A DNA stretch of 64,000 nt from positions 16,307-80,306 of the forward strand of contig CANROU010000004.1 of assembly GCA_947632325.1 (NCBI GenBank), written 5' to 3'. The notes under the pieces were generated by a model, which saw nothing but the letters and a program-made list of their open reading frames with translations, ran no database searches and was not told where the DNA came from. Positions 46,056-54,612 of the stretch are shown piece by piece. Position numbers and translations under genes: made by a program. The DNA comes from an uncultured Bacilli bacterium (GTDB taxonomy: Bacteria > Bacillota_I > Bacilli_A > RF39 > UBA660). Every line of letters starts with the position of its first letter. Position 1 is the stretch's first letter.

Positions 46056-46595
46056 GTGCTTACAAATAAAAAAGAAAGAGCTTTATTTGCTTTAATTACA
46101 GTAATTATTACAGTTCATGCCTATGTATTTTATAGTTTATATGTTGTAAATGGAGCAACGCTTATGAGTTTAACTGGTGCTAGTAGTGTAATAAATGCTA
46201 TTAATAAACTCGGTGGAGTTTATATGTTTGGTCGTTATTTACCTATAAGGGCAGTTGTTTTGGTTGAATTTTGTTTTGCCTATTTAGCCGAAATGCTAAT
46301 AGGTCAACCTTTTTCCTTTAAAATGACTTGTAAAAATTTTGACATCAAAAAAACTAATCCGGTTCATTTTGAAACAGCAATTATATGTGCTACAGTAGGA
46401 ATAATGGTTCCTGTAATGAGCTTTATAGCAGCCTTTTTATATTATCCATATTACATGGGTTTTAATATATTTACTTTGTTAGCTAATTGGCTAAAATTAA
46501 TTTGTTTTAATTTTCCATTTGCTTATTTTTCTCAATTGTTCTTTATCCAACCTTTTGTTAGACAAACATTTAAAGTAATATTTAAAAGAAAATAA
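46056..46595 (+). CDS. Multi-TM membrane protein, possibly DUF2798 family
   Basis: The GTG at 46056 lies 6 nt after AAGGAGGTG. The pattern W-L-K-x-x-x-F-N-F-P-F-A...P-F-V-R resembles DUF2798 repeats. Confidence 0.5.
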   Translation: MLTNKKERALFALITVIITVHAYVFYSLYVVNGATLMSLTGASSVINAINKLGGVYMFGRYLPIRAVVLVEFCFAYLAEMLIGQPFSFKMTCKNFDIKKTNPVHFETAIICATVGIMVPVMSFIAAFLYYPYYMGFNIFTLLANWLKLICFNFPFAYFSQLFFIQPFVRQTFKVIFKRK

Positions 46596-46691
46596 CAAAT
46601 AGTAAATTATACTTTGTATGAGCAAACTCTATATGAGATTTGCTTTTTCTTTGGTATAATTATTATAAAAGTTTCATTCATATGATGTATA

Positions 46692-46710
46692 TTTTTAATG
46701 TTTCTTTAAT
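46692..46710 (+). promoter_or_regulatory. Operator box A, TTTTTAATGTTTCTTTAAT (direct repeat TTAATnTTT with 11-nt period), upstream of the beta-helix/RR/HK operon
   Basis: Identical to box C and one mismatch from box B. It ends 46 nt before the ATG at 46756 and overlaps the -35 position of a TATACT -10 element (46721-46726). Confidence 0.6.
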
Positions 46711-46755
46711 TTTTGTATTTTATACTTTAACTATTAAAAAGAAAGGAAAAAAATT

Positions 46756-48504
46756 ATGCAAAGAAAAGCAAAAAATATTATATCTATTGCTGTTATTCTA
46801 TTATTATGTGGAAGTATTGCGTTTACCGGATATTTAAATACTAAATCATCTAATACTAACAATAGTAATAATATGCCAAACATGAGTCAAAATGGAAGTA
46901 AGCCACCAGATATGCCTAATGGTGATAATCAAGGTGAGCCACCAGAGAAACCTGATGAAGATGATAATATGGGAAATCCACCAGATATGCCAAATAATAA
47001 TGGTGGTATAGAACAATTGGGAGAACAACCAGATAATAATATCGACAATAATTATGTGTACTTAATTCTTTTGGGAATAGAAAATTTAATTTTATCTATT
47101 ATTGTACTTTATTTATTGATGTCAGGATTTAATAAAAAGACTTTAAAAGAAACATTTGCTAATACAGATAAAATAGTAATCTATATTTTAGGAGTAATTA
47201 TTTTAACAAGTGGATTTACTTTTACTGAAAATATAATTGCTAATAAATATAAAGATAATGTAACTTCTAATAATAATCTTAATCAAAGTATAGGAGTAGG
47301 ACAAAACACAAATATATCATATTCAGCTGTAAAAGAAATTACCAAATCGGCAACAGAAACAAGCGGTGAATATGAAAGTTCAAAAAAGGATGAAAATACT
47401 ATTTTAGTAAGTGGAGATATTGATGTAACTTTATCAAATATAACAGTAGATAAAAGTGGTGACTCAGATGGTGGCGATAATACAAGTTTCTATGGTACTA
47501 ATTCAGGCATTATTGCTAAAGATGGAGCTAATTTAACACTTAAAAATATGACAATAAACACTAATGCCACTGGGGCAAATGGTGTATTTAGTTATGGTAG
47601 AAATGCAACAACAAATAATACAAATAGTGATGGTACACAGGTAACAATTAGTGATTCTACGATTACGACAACCAAAGATAACTCTGGAGGAATCATGACA
47701 ACTGGTGGCGGAAGTATGATTGCTAAAAATCTTACTATCAATACTAAAGGTGTATCAAGTGCAGCTATTAGATCTGATCGTAAAGGAGGAACAGTAAGCG
47801 TTGATGGTGGAACGTATAAAACAACTGGTACAGGTTCTCCTAGCATTTATTCAACTGCTGATATAACAGTAAAAAATGCATCTTTAATTGCTACTGCAGC
47901 AGAAGGTGTGGTAATTGAAGGAAAGAACAAAATTACTCTCGAAAATGTAAATTTAACTGATACCAATAATAAATTAAACGGACAATCTACAACTTATAAA
48001 AATATCTTTTTATATCAATCTATGAGTGGAGATGCTTCTACTGGCGTATCAGAGTTTAGTGCTACTGATTCTACAATAACTACTAATAAAGGCGATACTT
48101 TCTACATTACTAATACAAGTTCTAAAATTACTTTAAATAATAATAAATTTATCAATAATGATTCTACTAGCAATTTTTTAAGAGCAGGGAAAGATTCTTG
48201 GGGAAATAACGGTTCAAATGGAGGTATTGTTGAACTATTAATGAAAAATCAAGAAGCTAAAGGCAATATCGTTATAGATTCTATTTCTACTCTTGATATG
48301 ACTATGAATACAAACTCTTCTTATGAAGGAACAATAAATGGAGAAAATAGTGCTAAAGAGATAAAATTAACATTGGATAAAACATCTAAAATCAAATTAA
48401 CAGGCAATAGTTATATAACTTCTCTTGATAATACTGATAGTAGTAATAGTAATATTGATTTTAATGGTTATACATTGTATGTAAATGGTAAAGCGATAAA
48501 TTAA
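46756..48504 (+). CDS. Membrane-anchored protein with a Pro/Asp/Asn-rich repeat region and a C-terminal parallel beta-helix (Cthe_2159-like) domain
   Basis: N-terminal TM helix, then repeats of PPDMPN / PPEKPD, two more TM helices, then ~400 aa of periodic G/N/T-rich beta-helix-like repeats (for example ...LTLKNMTINT..., ...ITLENVNLTD...). Confidence 0.65.
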   Translation: MQRKAKNIISIAVILLLCGSIAFTGYLNTKSSNTNNSNNMPNMSQNGSKPPDMPNGDNQGEPPEKPDEDDNMGNPPDMPNNNGGIEQLGEQPDNNIDNNYVYLILLGIENLILSIIVLYLLMSGFNKKTLKETFANTDKIVIYILGVIILTSGFTFTENIIANKYKDNVTSNNNLNQSIGVGQNTNISYSAVKEITKSATETSGEYESSKKDENTILVSGDIDVTLSNITVDKSGDSDGGDNTSFYGTNSGIIAKDGANLTLKNMTINTNATGANGVFSYGRNATTNNTNSDGTQVTISDSTITTTKDNSGGIMTTGGGSMIAKNLTINTKGVSSAAIRSDRKGGTVSVDGGTYKTTGTGSPSIYSTADITVKNASLIATAAEGVVIEGKNKITLENVNLTDTNNKLNGQSTTYKNIFLYQSMSGDASTGVSEFSATDSTITTNKGDTFYITNTSSKITLNNNKFINNDSTSNFLRAGKDSWGNNGSNGGIVELLMKNQEAKGNIVIDSISTLDMTMNTNSSYEGTINGENSAKEIKLTLDKTSKIKLTGNSYITSLDNTDSSNSNIDFNGYTLYVNGKAIN

Positions 48505-48520
48505 AAAAATGGAGGTTAAA

Positions 48521-49198
48521 ATGCGAATTTTAGTTGTAGAAGATGAAGAGGCAATCGCCGATGTTATTACTACAAAACTTCGTAAAGAAAAATATGAAGT
48601 TGATACAAGTTTTGATGGCGAAGACGGATTATATAATGCTCTAACAAATATATATGATCTAATAATTCTTGATATAATGCTACCTAAAATGAATGGTTTA
48701 GAAATACTAAAAGAAATAAAAGAAAATAATATAAATGCTAAAGTTATCATGCTTACTGCTAAATCTGGATTAGATGATAAATTGAAAGGCTTTGATATAG
48801 GTGCAGACGATTATGTAACAAAACCCTTTCATATTGAAGAATTAATCGCTCGAGTAAATGTCCAGTTAAGGAATAAAGGAAATCATAAAGTTAAGGATAT
48901 ATTAGAGTATAGCGATTTATCATTAAATATTAGAACTTCTACTCTAACTTGTAAAAATACAAATGAGTCAATAAATATTCCTTATAGAGAATTTCTAATA
49001 CTTGAATATTTTATGAATAACAAAGAGCAAATTGTATCAAAAGAACAAATTTATGATAAAGTTTGGGGAATTGATACTAATTATGAATCTAATAATTTAG
49101 AGGCATATTTGTCTTTTTTGAGAAAGAAAATAAAAATTATTGGATCAAAAGTAAGTATTAAAGCAGTTCGTAATTTAGGTTATAAAATGGAGGAATAA
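48521..49198 (+). CDS. OmpR/PhoB-family response regulator
   Basis: Receiver domain (MRILVVEDEE..., DLIILDIMLP, LTAK) plus a winged-helix C-terminus (IKAVRNLGYKM). The ATG at 48521 follows GGAGGT. Confidence 0.93.
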   Translation: MRILVVEDEEAIADVITTKLRKEKYEVDTSFDGEDGLYNALTNIYDLIILDIMLPKMNGLEILKEIKENNINAKVIMLTAKSGLDDKLKGFDIGADDYVTKPFHIEELIARVNVQLRNKGNHKVKDILEYSDLSLNIRTSTLTCKNTNESINIPYREFLILEYFMNNKEQIVSKEQIYDKVWGIDTNYESNNLEAYLSFLRKKIKIIGSKVSIKAVRNLGYKMEE

Positions 49199-49204
49199 AG
49201 AGAT

Positions 49205-50440
49205 ATGGAAAATTTAAAGAATAAAACTTTTTTTACAATTTTTATCATAATCTCTTTATTTGCTGTTTTTTTTGCTACTTTCTTTAATGTTCAAACATAC
49301 CATAGAGAATATGTCGGGATATTAAATAATTTAACAAGGATGAAAAATTTAACTAATCAAAGACCTGAACCTTTTGATAAAGAAATGAAACCAATAAATA
49401 ATGAGGATCTTCGCAATAGAAAAGTTATGGATTATGAGGTTTATACTTTTATTTTAAATGATAATAATGATATCGTTGATAAAATAAGTCATAGTGATAA
49501 TACTGTTAGCGATAAAGTAATAACTAAAGTGCAAAATATTATTGCTAATAATAATAATACAAGCAAAGTAAAAATTGGATGCTTATATTTAGAAAGTTAT
49601 GCTTATAATTTTGAAGATAATAATTCCTTAACTATTGTAAATATTTCTAATACTAGAAATATGCTACTTACTAACTTACTAATCTCTTTGTTATTAGTAG
49701 GTATTGGCGAGTTAGTTATTTATATCATTTCTAAAAAAATAACAGAATGGATTACTAAACCAGTTGTGATGAGCTTTAATAGAGAGAAGGAATTTGTTGC
49801 TAATGCCTCTCATGAACTTAAAACACCACTGGCAGTCATGATGGCAAGTATTGATTGTTTAGATGCAAATAAGAAAAACGAAAAATGGATCAACAATTTA
49901 AAAAGTGAAGCTGATAGAATGAATAATTTAATAACAAGATTACTTGATTTATCTAAAACAGAATACTTAAAAAAAGAAAATTTTAGTAAAAATGATATTT
50001 CTATGATTATAGAAAAAAGAGCATTAACATTTGAAAGTTTAGCATACGAAAAAAATATAACCATAGAAACTAATATTACAGAAAAAATAAATATCTCTTG
50101 CCATAAAGAAAGCATAGATGAATTGGTGTCTATTTTAATTGATAATGCCATAAGTCATGGTCAAGAAAATAGCACAATTAAAATTAACCTAATGAGTGAA
50201 AAAAACAGCATAAAATTGGAAGTGATTAATAAGGGTGATCCTATACCACCTAATGAATGTGAAAAAATATTTGAAAGGTTTTATAGGAATGATAAAAGTC
50301 ATAATCGCAAAAGCGGTAAATATGGTTTAGGGCTTGCTATTGCTAAAAATATTGTAATAGCCCATGATGGTAATATTAGAGCTTATTCAAAAGATGGCTA
50401 TACTACATTTGAAATTAAATTTAAAACAAATGAACATTAA
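49205..50440 (+). CDS. Sensor histidine kinase (two TM helices, ~130-aa extracytoplasmic loop)
   Basis: H-box FVANASHELKTPL. N, G1 and G2 boxes (IDNAISHG, NKGDPIP, GLGLAIAKNIV). Confidence 0.93.
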   Translation: MENLKNKTFFTIFIIISLFAVFFATFFNVQTYHREYVGILNNLTRMKNLTNQRPEPFDKEMKPINNEDLRNRKVMDYEVYTFILNDNNDIVDKISHSDNTVSDKVITKVQNIIANNNNTSKVKIGCLYLESYAYNFEDNNSLTIVNISNTRNMLLTNLLISLLLVGIGELVIYIISKKITEWITKPVVMSFNREKEFVANASHELKTPLAVMMASIDCLDANKKNEKWINNLKSEADRMNNLITRLLDLSKTEYLKKENFSKNDISMIIEKRALTFESLAYEKNITIETNITEKINISCHKESIDELVSILIDNAISHGQENSTIKINLMSEKNSIKLEVINKGDPIPPNECEKIFERFYRNDKSHNRKSGKYGLGLAIAKNIVIAHDGNIRAYSKDGYTTFEIKFKTNEH

Positions 50441-50462
50441 CAAAAAAAAGTTAATGTTTTTT
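50432..50462 (+). terminator. Terminator overlapping the kinase stop
   Basis: Perfect stem AACATTAAC/GTTAATGTT with an A8 loop, followed by a T-run. Confidence 0.7.
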
Positions 50463-50476
50463 AATATTTCTTTAAT
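50458..50476 (+). promoter_or_regulatory. Operator box B, TTTTTAATATTTCTTTAAT, upstream of the Trx-like/HtrA operon
   Basis: 18 of 19 nt identical to boxes A and C. A further TTAAT lies one helical turn upstream (50451). Confidence 0.55.
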
Positions 50477-50565
50477 GTTTAAGTATTATCCTTATCTCAT
50501 AAGGTAGGTGATAAATGAATAAAAAAAGAATATTAATTGCTATTTTTTAGAAAGGAGAATTTTAT

Positions 50566-50808
50566 ATGAGAATACAAATTGTTGGTAAAAACTCTAGTAA
50601 TAGAATGAAATTGTTAAAAAATATCAAAAAAGTATTAGAACCCCAAAAAAATACTTGTGATATTCAAATTTTAGAAGATGATAAATATAAACAAATTTAT
50701 CATGTAGTAAATACTCCTGCTCTTATAATAGATGGGAAGGTGATTAGTCAAGGAAAAATCTTGACTGAAAGAGAAATAAAAAGATTCATTCTTGCTAATA
50801 ATAATTAA
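50566..50808 (+). CDS. Thioredoxin-fold small protein (Thioredoxin_3/MTH895-like) lacking the CxxC motif
   Basis: MRIQIVGKNSSNRMKLLKNI...NTPALIIDGKVISQGK matches the family layout, but GKNSSN replaces the G-x-G-C-x-x-C redox site. Confidence 0.65.
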   Translation: MRIQIVGKNSSNRMKLLKNIKKVLEPQKNTCDIQILEDDKYKQIYHVVNTPALIIDGKVISQGKILTEREIKRFILANNN

Positions 50809-50834
50809 TTAGATATAAGATGAGGTGATAATAT

Positions 50835-52106
50835 ATGTCTAAAGATATAAAAGAAAGGGAAGAAAAATTTCAAAGAGAATCTAATAAAAGTATAACAGGA
50901 GAAGATAAGAATAATGAAAGCAATTCTAAATCAAAAAGCAATAAAAATATTAGTTTGTTTGCTATTATTGGCATATTAGTTTTAATTATTCTTATTTTAG
51001 CTATTTTCTTTTTTAACTTAATTTATCCAAAATTAAAATCCAATTTAGAAAAAAGGGAAAAAGAGAAAATAGAACTAAAATATACTGAAACCACTAACGC
51101 AAATAGTGATAGTGGTATATATATTACAGATGTATCTGAAGTTGTAGAAAATGTAATGCCATCTATTGTGGCAATTACGAGCAAGACTTTAATTTCATCT
51201 GGCAGATTTGGTCCAAATTTTTTTGGAGAAGATCAATATGCTGAAGGTGCTGGATCTGGAATAATTATTAGTAAATCAGATCAGGAACTTATGATTTTAA
51301 CAAATAATCATGTAGTTGAAAGTGCTAGTGAATTATCTGTTCAATTTATAGATGAAAAAAGTTATGATGCTAGAGTCGTTGGCACTTCAGAGAGAAAAGA
51401 TATAGCAGTTATCTCTGTTTCATTAAATGATATTGATAGTGATACTCTAAATGAAATTAAAATAGCAACTTTAGGAGACTCTAATAAATTGAAAGTAGGT
51501 AATGGTATTATTGCTATTGGTAATGCTTTAGGTTATGGACAGTCCGTTACTACTGGTGTAGTAAGTGCTTTAAATAGAGAAGTTTCTATAGATAATTACA
51601 CAAATAAAATGATTCAACTAGATGCTGCAATAAATGGCGGGAATAGTGGAGGAGCTTTATTAAATAGTAGTGGTGAAGTTGTTGGTATAAATTCTGCTAA
51701 ATATTCATCGAGTGCTACATCTTCTTCTGCTAGTGTAGAAGGAATGGGGTTTGCTATTCCAATATCAGATGTTAATGAACTTATTACTACTCTTATGAAT
51801 GGAGAAAATGATGAGGGTGTAACATTAGGTATAGAAGGATATATAGTTAATGATAGTAACAGTCGCTATTATAATATGCCAACAGGATTTTACATTTCTA
51901 AAATTACTTCTGGAAGTAGTGCTGACAAATCAGAATTAGAAATAGGCAATATTATCACTAAAATAAATGGTAATGAAGTTACAAGTCTAGGTGATTTACA
52001 AGATGTTTTAAATAGATTAAATAAGGGCGATAAAGTAAACTTAGCAATCAGTTATATAAGTGGTCGTGAATATAAAGAAAAAGATATTACAGTTACTTTA
52101 TCATAA
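50835..52106 (+). CDS. htrA: Membrane-anchored HtrA/DegP-family serine protease with a C-terminal PDZ domain
   Basis: Catalytic context TNNHVV (His), DIAVI (Asp), GNSGGALLN (Ser). PDZ (GNIITKINGNEV). Confidence 0.9.
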   Translation: MSKDIKEREEKFQRESNKSITGEDKNNESNSKSKSNKNISLFAIIGILVLIILILAIFFFNLIYPKLKSNLEKREKEKIELKYTETTNANSDSGIYITDVSEVVENVMPSIVAITSKTLISSGRFGPNFFGEDQYAEGAGSGIIISKSDQELMILTNNHVVESASELSVQFIDEKSYDARVVGTSERKDIAVISVSLNDIDSDTLNEIKIATLGDSNKLKVGNGIIAIGNALGYGQSVTTGVVSALNREVSIDNYTNKMIQLDAAINGGNSGGALLNSSGEVVGINSAKYSSSATSSSASVEGMGFAIPISDVNELITTLMNGENDEGVTLGIEGYIVNDSNSRYYNMPTGFYISKITSGSSADKSELEIGNIITKINGNEVTSLGDLQDVLNRLNKGDKVNLAISYISGREYKEKDITVTLS

Positions 52107-52130
52107 AAAAACACTTCTTACTTTATTTTA

Positions 52131-52164
52131 AGAAAATGGATATCTCGCCATTTTCTTTTTTTTA
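52131..52164 (+). terminator. Rho-independent terminator after htrA
   Basis: AGAAAATGG/CCATTTTCT stem followed by a T-run. Confidence 0.75.
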
Positions 52165-52180
52165 CTTAAAAAATGGTAAT

Positions 52181-52199
52181 TTTTTAATGTTTCTTTAAT
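52181..52199 (+). promoter_or_regulatory. Operator box C, TTTTTAATGTTTCTTTAAT, upstream of the ABC transporter operon
   Basis: Identical to box A. It ends 43 nt before the ATG at 52242. Confidence 0.6.
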
Positions 52200-52241
52200 A
52201 TTTACCTAATAAAATTATATTGTTTTAGAGGGAGGAAGATT

Positions 52242-53708
52242 ATGTTTATATTAAAAAACGCATGGATTTCAATTAAACGAAATAAAGGAAGGAACATTTT
52301 AATAGGAATAATTATTTTAATTATTGCTTGTGCTTGTACCATAACACTTGCAATTAAGAATACAGCTATAGATTTGATAGATTCTTATAAGAATGCTTAT
52401 GACAAAGAAGTAACAATTAGTTTCAATAGAGAAAACATGATGAAAGACTTTGATCCGTCACAAGACGATGATAGAGAGAATGCAAGAGAAAAATTTGATA
52501 ATATTAAAAGTTACACAATTAGTGATATAGAGTCTTTTGCAGATAGTGAATATATTGAAAGTTATTATTATACTTATAGTGTTGGACTAGATGGAAACAA
52601 TATTGAAAAAGCTGAAATTGAGTCAAATAATAATATGCCAAATGGATTTGGACATGGAAAAGAAAACAATATGTCATCTACCGACTTTACTTTAACTGGT
52701 TATAGTTCACAAGATGCGATGAGAGAGTTTATAAATGGTACTTATACTATGAGTGAAATAGCGGATAATGCTTGGGATATAGCATTTGATGGTAACTATG
52801 TATTTATAAATCAGGAACTTGCTGATTATAATGATCTAAAATTAAATGATAAAATAAAACTAGAGAGTGATGATGGAAATACTTATGAATTTGAAATTAT
52901 TGGTATTTTTAAAGAAAACGAAGAAGGAACTGGGGAGCCAATGTCAATGTTTTCAAATTCAGCCAATACACTTGTAACAAATGCTAGTGCTGTTACAAGT
53001 ATTACCACAAGTAATGAGGATTTAAAATCGACAATTAACCCAACATTTATAGTAGATTCTTATGATAATGTAGAAAAACTACAAGATGAATTTTATAAAA
53101 AAGGTTTAGATGAAAATTTTGTACTACAAACAAATGAAGAACTAGCTTTAAGCGGAGTATCAAGTATTGAAAATATTAATTCATTTGCCACAACATTTTT
53201 GAGTTTAACTCTTGTTATTGGTGGAATTGTATTATTTGTAATCAATATGATTAATATCCGTGAAAGAAAATACGAAATAGGAGTTTTAAGAACTATCGGT
53301 ATTAGTAAGTTTAAACTAACTATGCAATTTGTAGCAGAACTTGTTATTGTTTCAGTTGTTGCCCTTATTCTTGGTGCTGGAATTGGGGCAGTAAGTTCTA
53401 AAGGAGTTAGTAATTCTTTACTAGAAAGTGAAATTAATAATAGTAATGAAAGAACTGAAGAAATCGGCAAAAATTTTGGTGAAGAAAATACAACTGGTGG
53501 AATGCTTAATCGTGGTGGTCGAGGCGAAATGCGAGGAAAAGGTATGCCCGTTGTTCAAGCATATGACTCTATTGATGCCGTAGTAGATATTAAAGTTTTA
53601 CTAGAATTACTTGGAATAGGACTTGCATTAGTATTAGTAAGTTCTATTGCTTCAATGGTTAGTATAGAGAGATTTTCACCACTCACAATATTGAAAGAGA
53701 GGTCTTAG
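52242..53708 (+). CDS. FtsX/MacB-type ABC transporter permease with a large extracytoplasmic domain
   Basis: TM1, a ~290-aa external domain, then the three-TM FtsX domain (REIGVLRTIGISK-type motif: YEIGVLRTIGISKFK). Confidence 0.85.
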   Translation: MFILKNAWISIKRNKGRNILIGIIILIIACACTITLAIKNTAIDLIDSYKNAYDKEVTISFNRENMMKDFDPSQDDDRENAREKFDNIKSYTISDIESFADSEYIESYYYTYSVGLDGNNIEKAEIESNNNMPNGFGHGKENNMSSTDFTLTGYSSQDAMREFINGTYTMSEIADNAWDIAFDGNYVFINQELADYNDLKLNDKIKLESDDGNTYEFEIIGIFKENEEGTGEPMSMFSNSANTLVTNASAVTSITTSNEDLKSTINPTFIVDSYDNVEKLQDEFYKKGLDENFVLQTNEELALSGVSSIENINSFATTFLSLTLVIGGIVLFVINMINIRERKYEIGVLRTIGISKFKLTMQFVAELVIVSVVALILGAGIGAVSSKGVSNSLLESEINNSNERTEEIGKNFGEENTTGGMLNRGGRGEMRGKGMPVVQAYDSIDAVVDIKVLLELLGIGLALVLVSSIASMVSIERFSPLTILKERS

Positions 53709-53710
53709 AA

Positions 53711-54508
53711 ATGACAAATAAGAAAAAAAATAACTATATCCCAAAAGATAAACTTGGAAATAATTTCGTTCATAAAAAACAAACAATTAATAATAATGAA
53801 GAAAAAGAAAGTAAAGAAAAAAATACTTCTTTAAAGAATATTATTTTAAGCATTAAAAATGCAAGTTATCGATATAGTGATGCTGAAGAAAATGATTATG
53901 CTTTAAGAGATGTTAATTTTGATTTTGAAAGCGGAAAAACATATGCCATAAGAGGTCGAAGTGGTACGGGAAAAACAACATTATTATCTTTAATAAGTGG
54001 CCTCGAAAGATGTACCGAAGGAGAAATTATATTTGATGGTAAAAGTTTAAAAAATATGAATTTAGATAAATATCGCAATAGTGATATTGGTATTGTATTT
54101 CAAAGTTATAATTTGTTGCCTTTTATGACTGCAAGTGAAAACATAATTCTTTCTATGGATGTTAGTGGCTTAAAAATTAAGAACAAAAGAGAAAAGGCAA
54201 TTGAACTTATGGAAAAAGTAGGATTAAAAGAAAACTATGCGGATCGCAAAGTATTAAGGTTATCAGGCGGAGAGCAACAAAGAGTTGCTATTGCAAGAAG
54301 CTTATCTTATAACCCCAAAATGATAATTGCTGATGAACCAACCGGAAATCTTGATAAGCAAACAGAAACTGAAATTTTAGAAATATTTAAGAAGTTAGCT
54401 CACGAAGGAAATAAATGTGTTATTATTGTAACTCATTCACAAAATGTATGTGATGCTGTTGATGTAATATATGATTTGAAAAAAATTAAAGAAGAAAATA
54501 ATAAGTAA
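53711..54508 (+). CDS. ABC transporter ATP-binding protein (MacB/LolD-like) with a ~45-aa K/N-rich N-terminal extension
   Basis: Walker A GRSGTGKTT, signature LSGGEQQRVAIAR, Walker B IIADEPTGNLD. Confidence 0.92.
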   Translation: MTNKKKNNYIPKDKLGNNFVHKKQTINNNEEKESKEKNTSLKNIILSIKNASYRYSDAEENDYALRDVNFDFESGKTYAIRGRSGTGKTTLLSLISGLERCTEGEIIFDGKSLKNMNLDKYRNSDIGIVFQSYNLLPFMTASENIILSMDVSGLKIKNKREKAIELMEKVGLKENYADRKVLRLSGGEQQRVAIARSLSYNPKMIIADEPTGNLDKQTETEILEIFKKLAHEGNKCVIIVTHSQNVCDAVDVIYDLKKIKEENNK

Positions 54509-54516
54509 GTAGATAT

Positions 54517-54550
54517 TTGCAAACAATATATAAATAAAGTTTGCTTTTTT
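54517..54550 (+). terminator. Terminator after the ABC operon
   Basis: GCAAAC...GTTTGC hairpin followed by T6. Confidence 0.55.
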
Positions 54551-54562
54551 CATTTGGAAAGG
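54545..54562 (+). repeat. Right copy of the 18-nt direct repeat TTTTTTCATTTGGAAAGG
   Basis: Exact match to 45863-45880. Confidence 0.8.
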
Positions 54563-54612
54563 AACGATTGTCTTTTTTTTTATTTAGAGGTATAATAAGC
54601 TCGGTGAGACAA

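Noticed and set aside
46640-46837. 65-aa plus-strand ORF spanning the intergenic region and the start of the beta-helix gene
   Set aside because: It runs through a terminator, operator box A and the promoter, and it overlaps the RBS-supported start at 46756 in another frame. No RBS.
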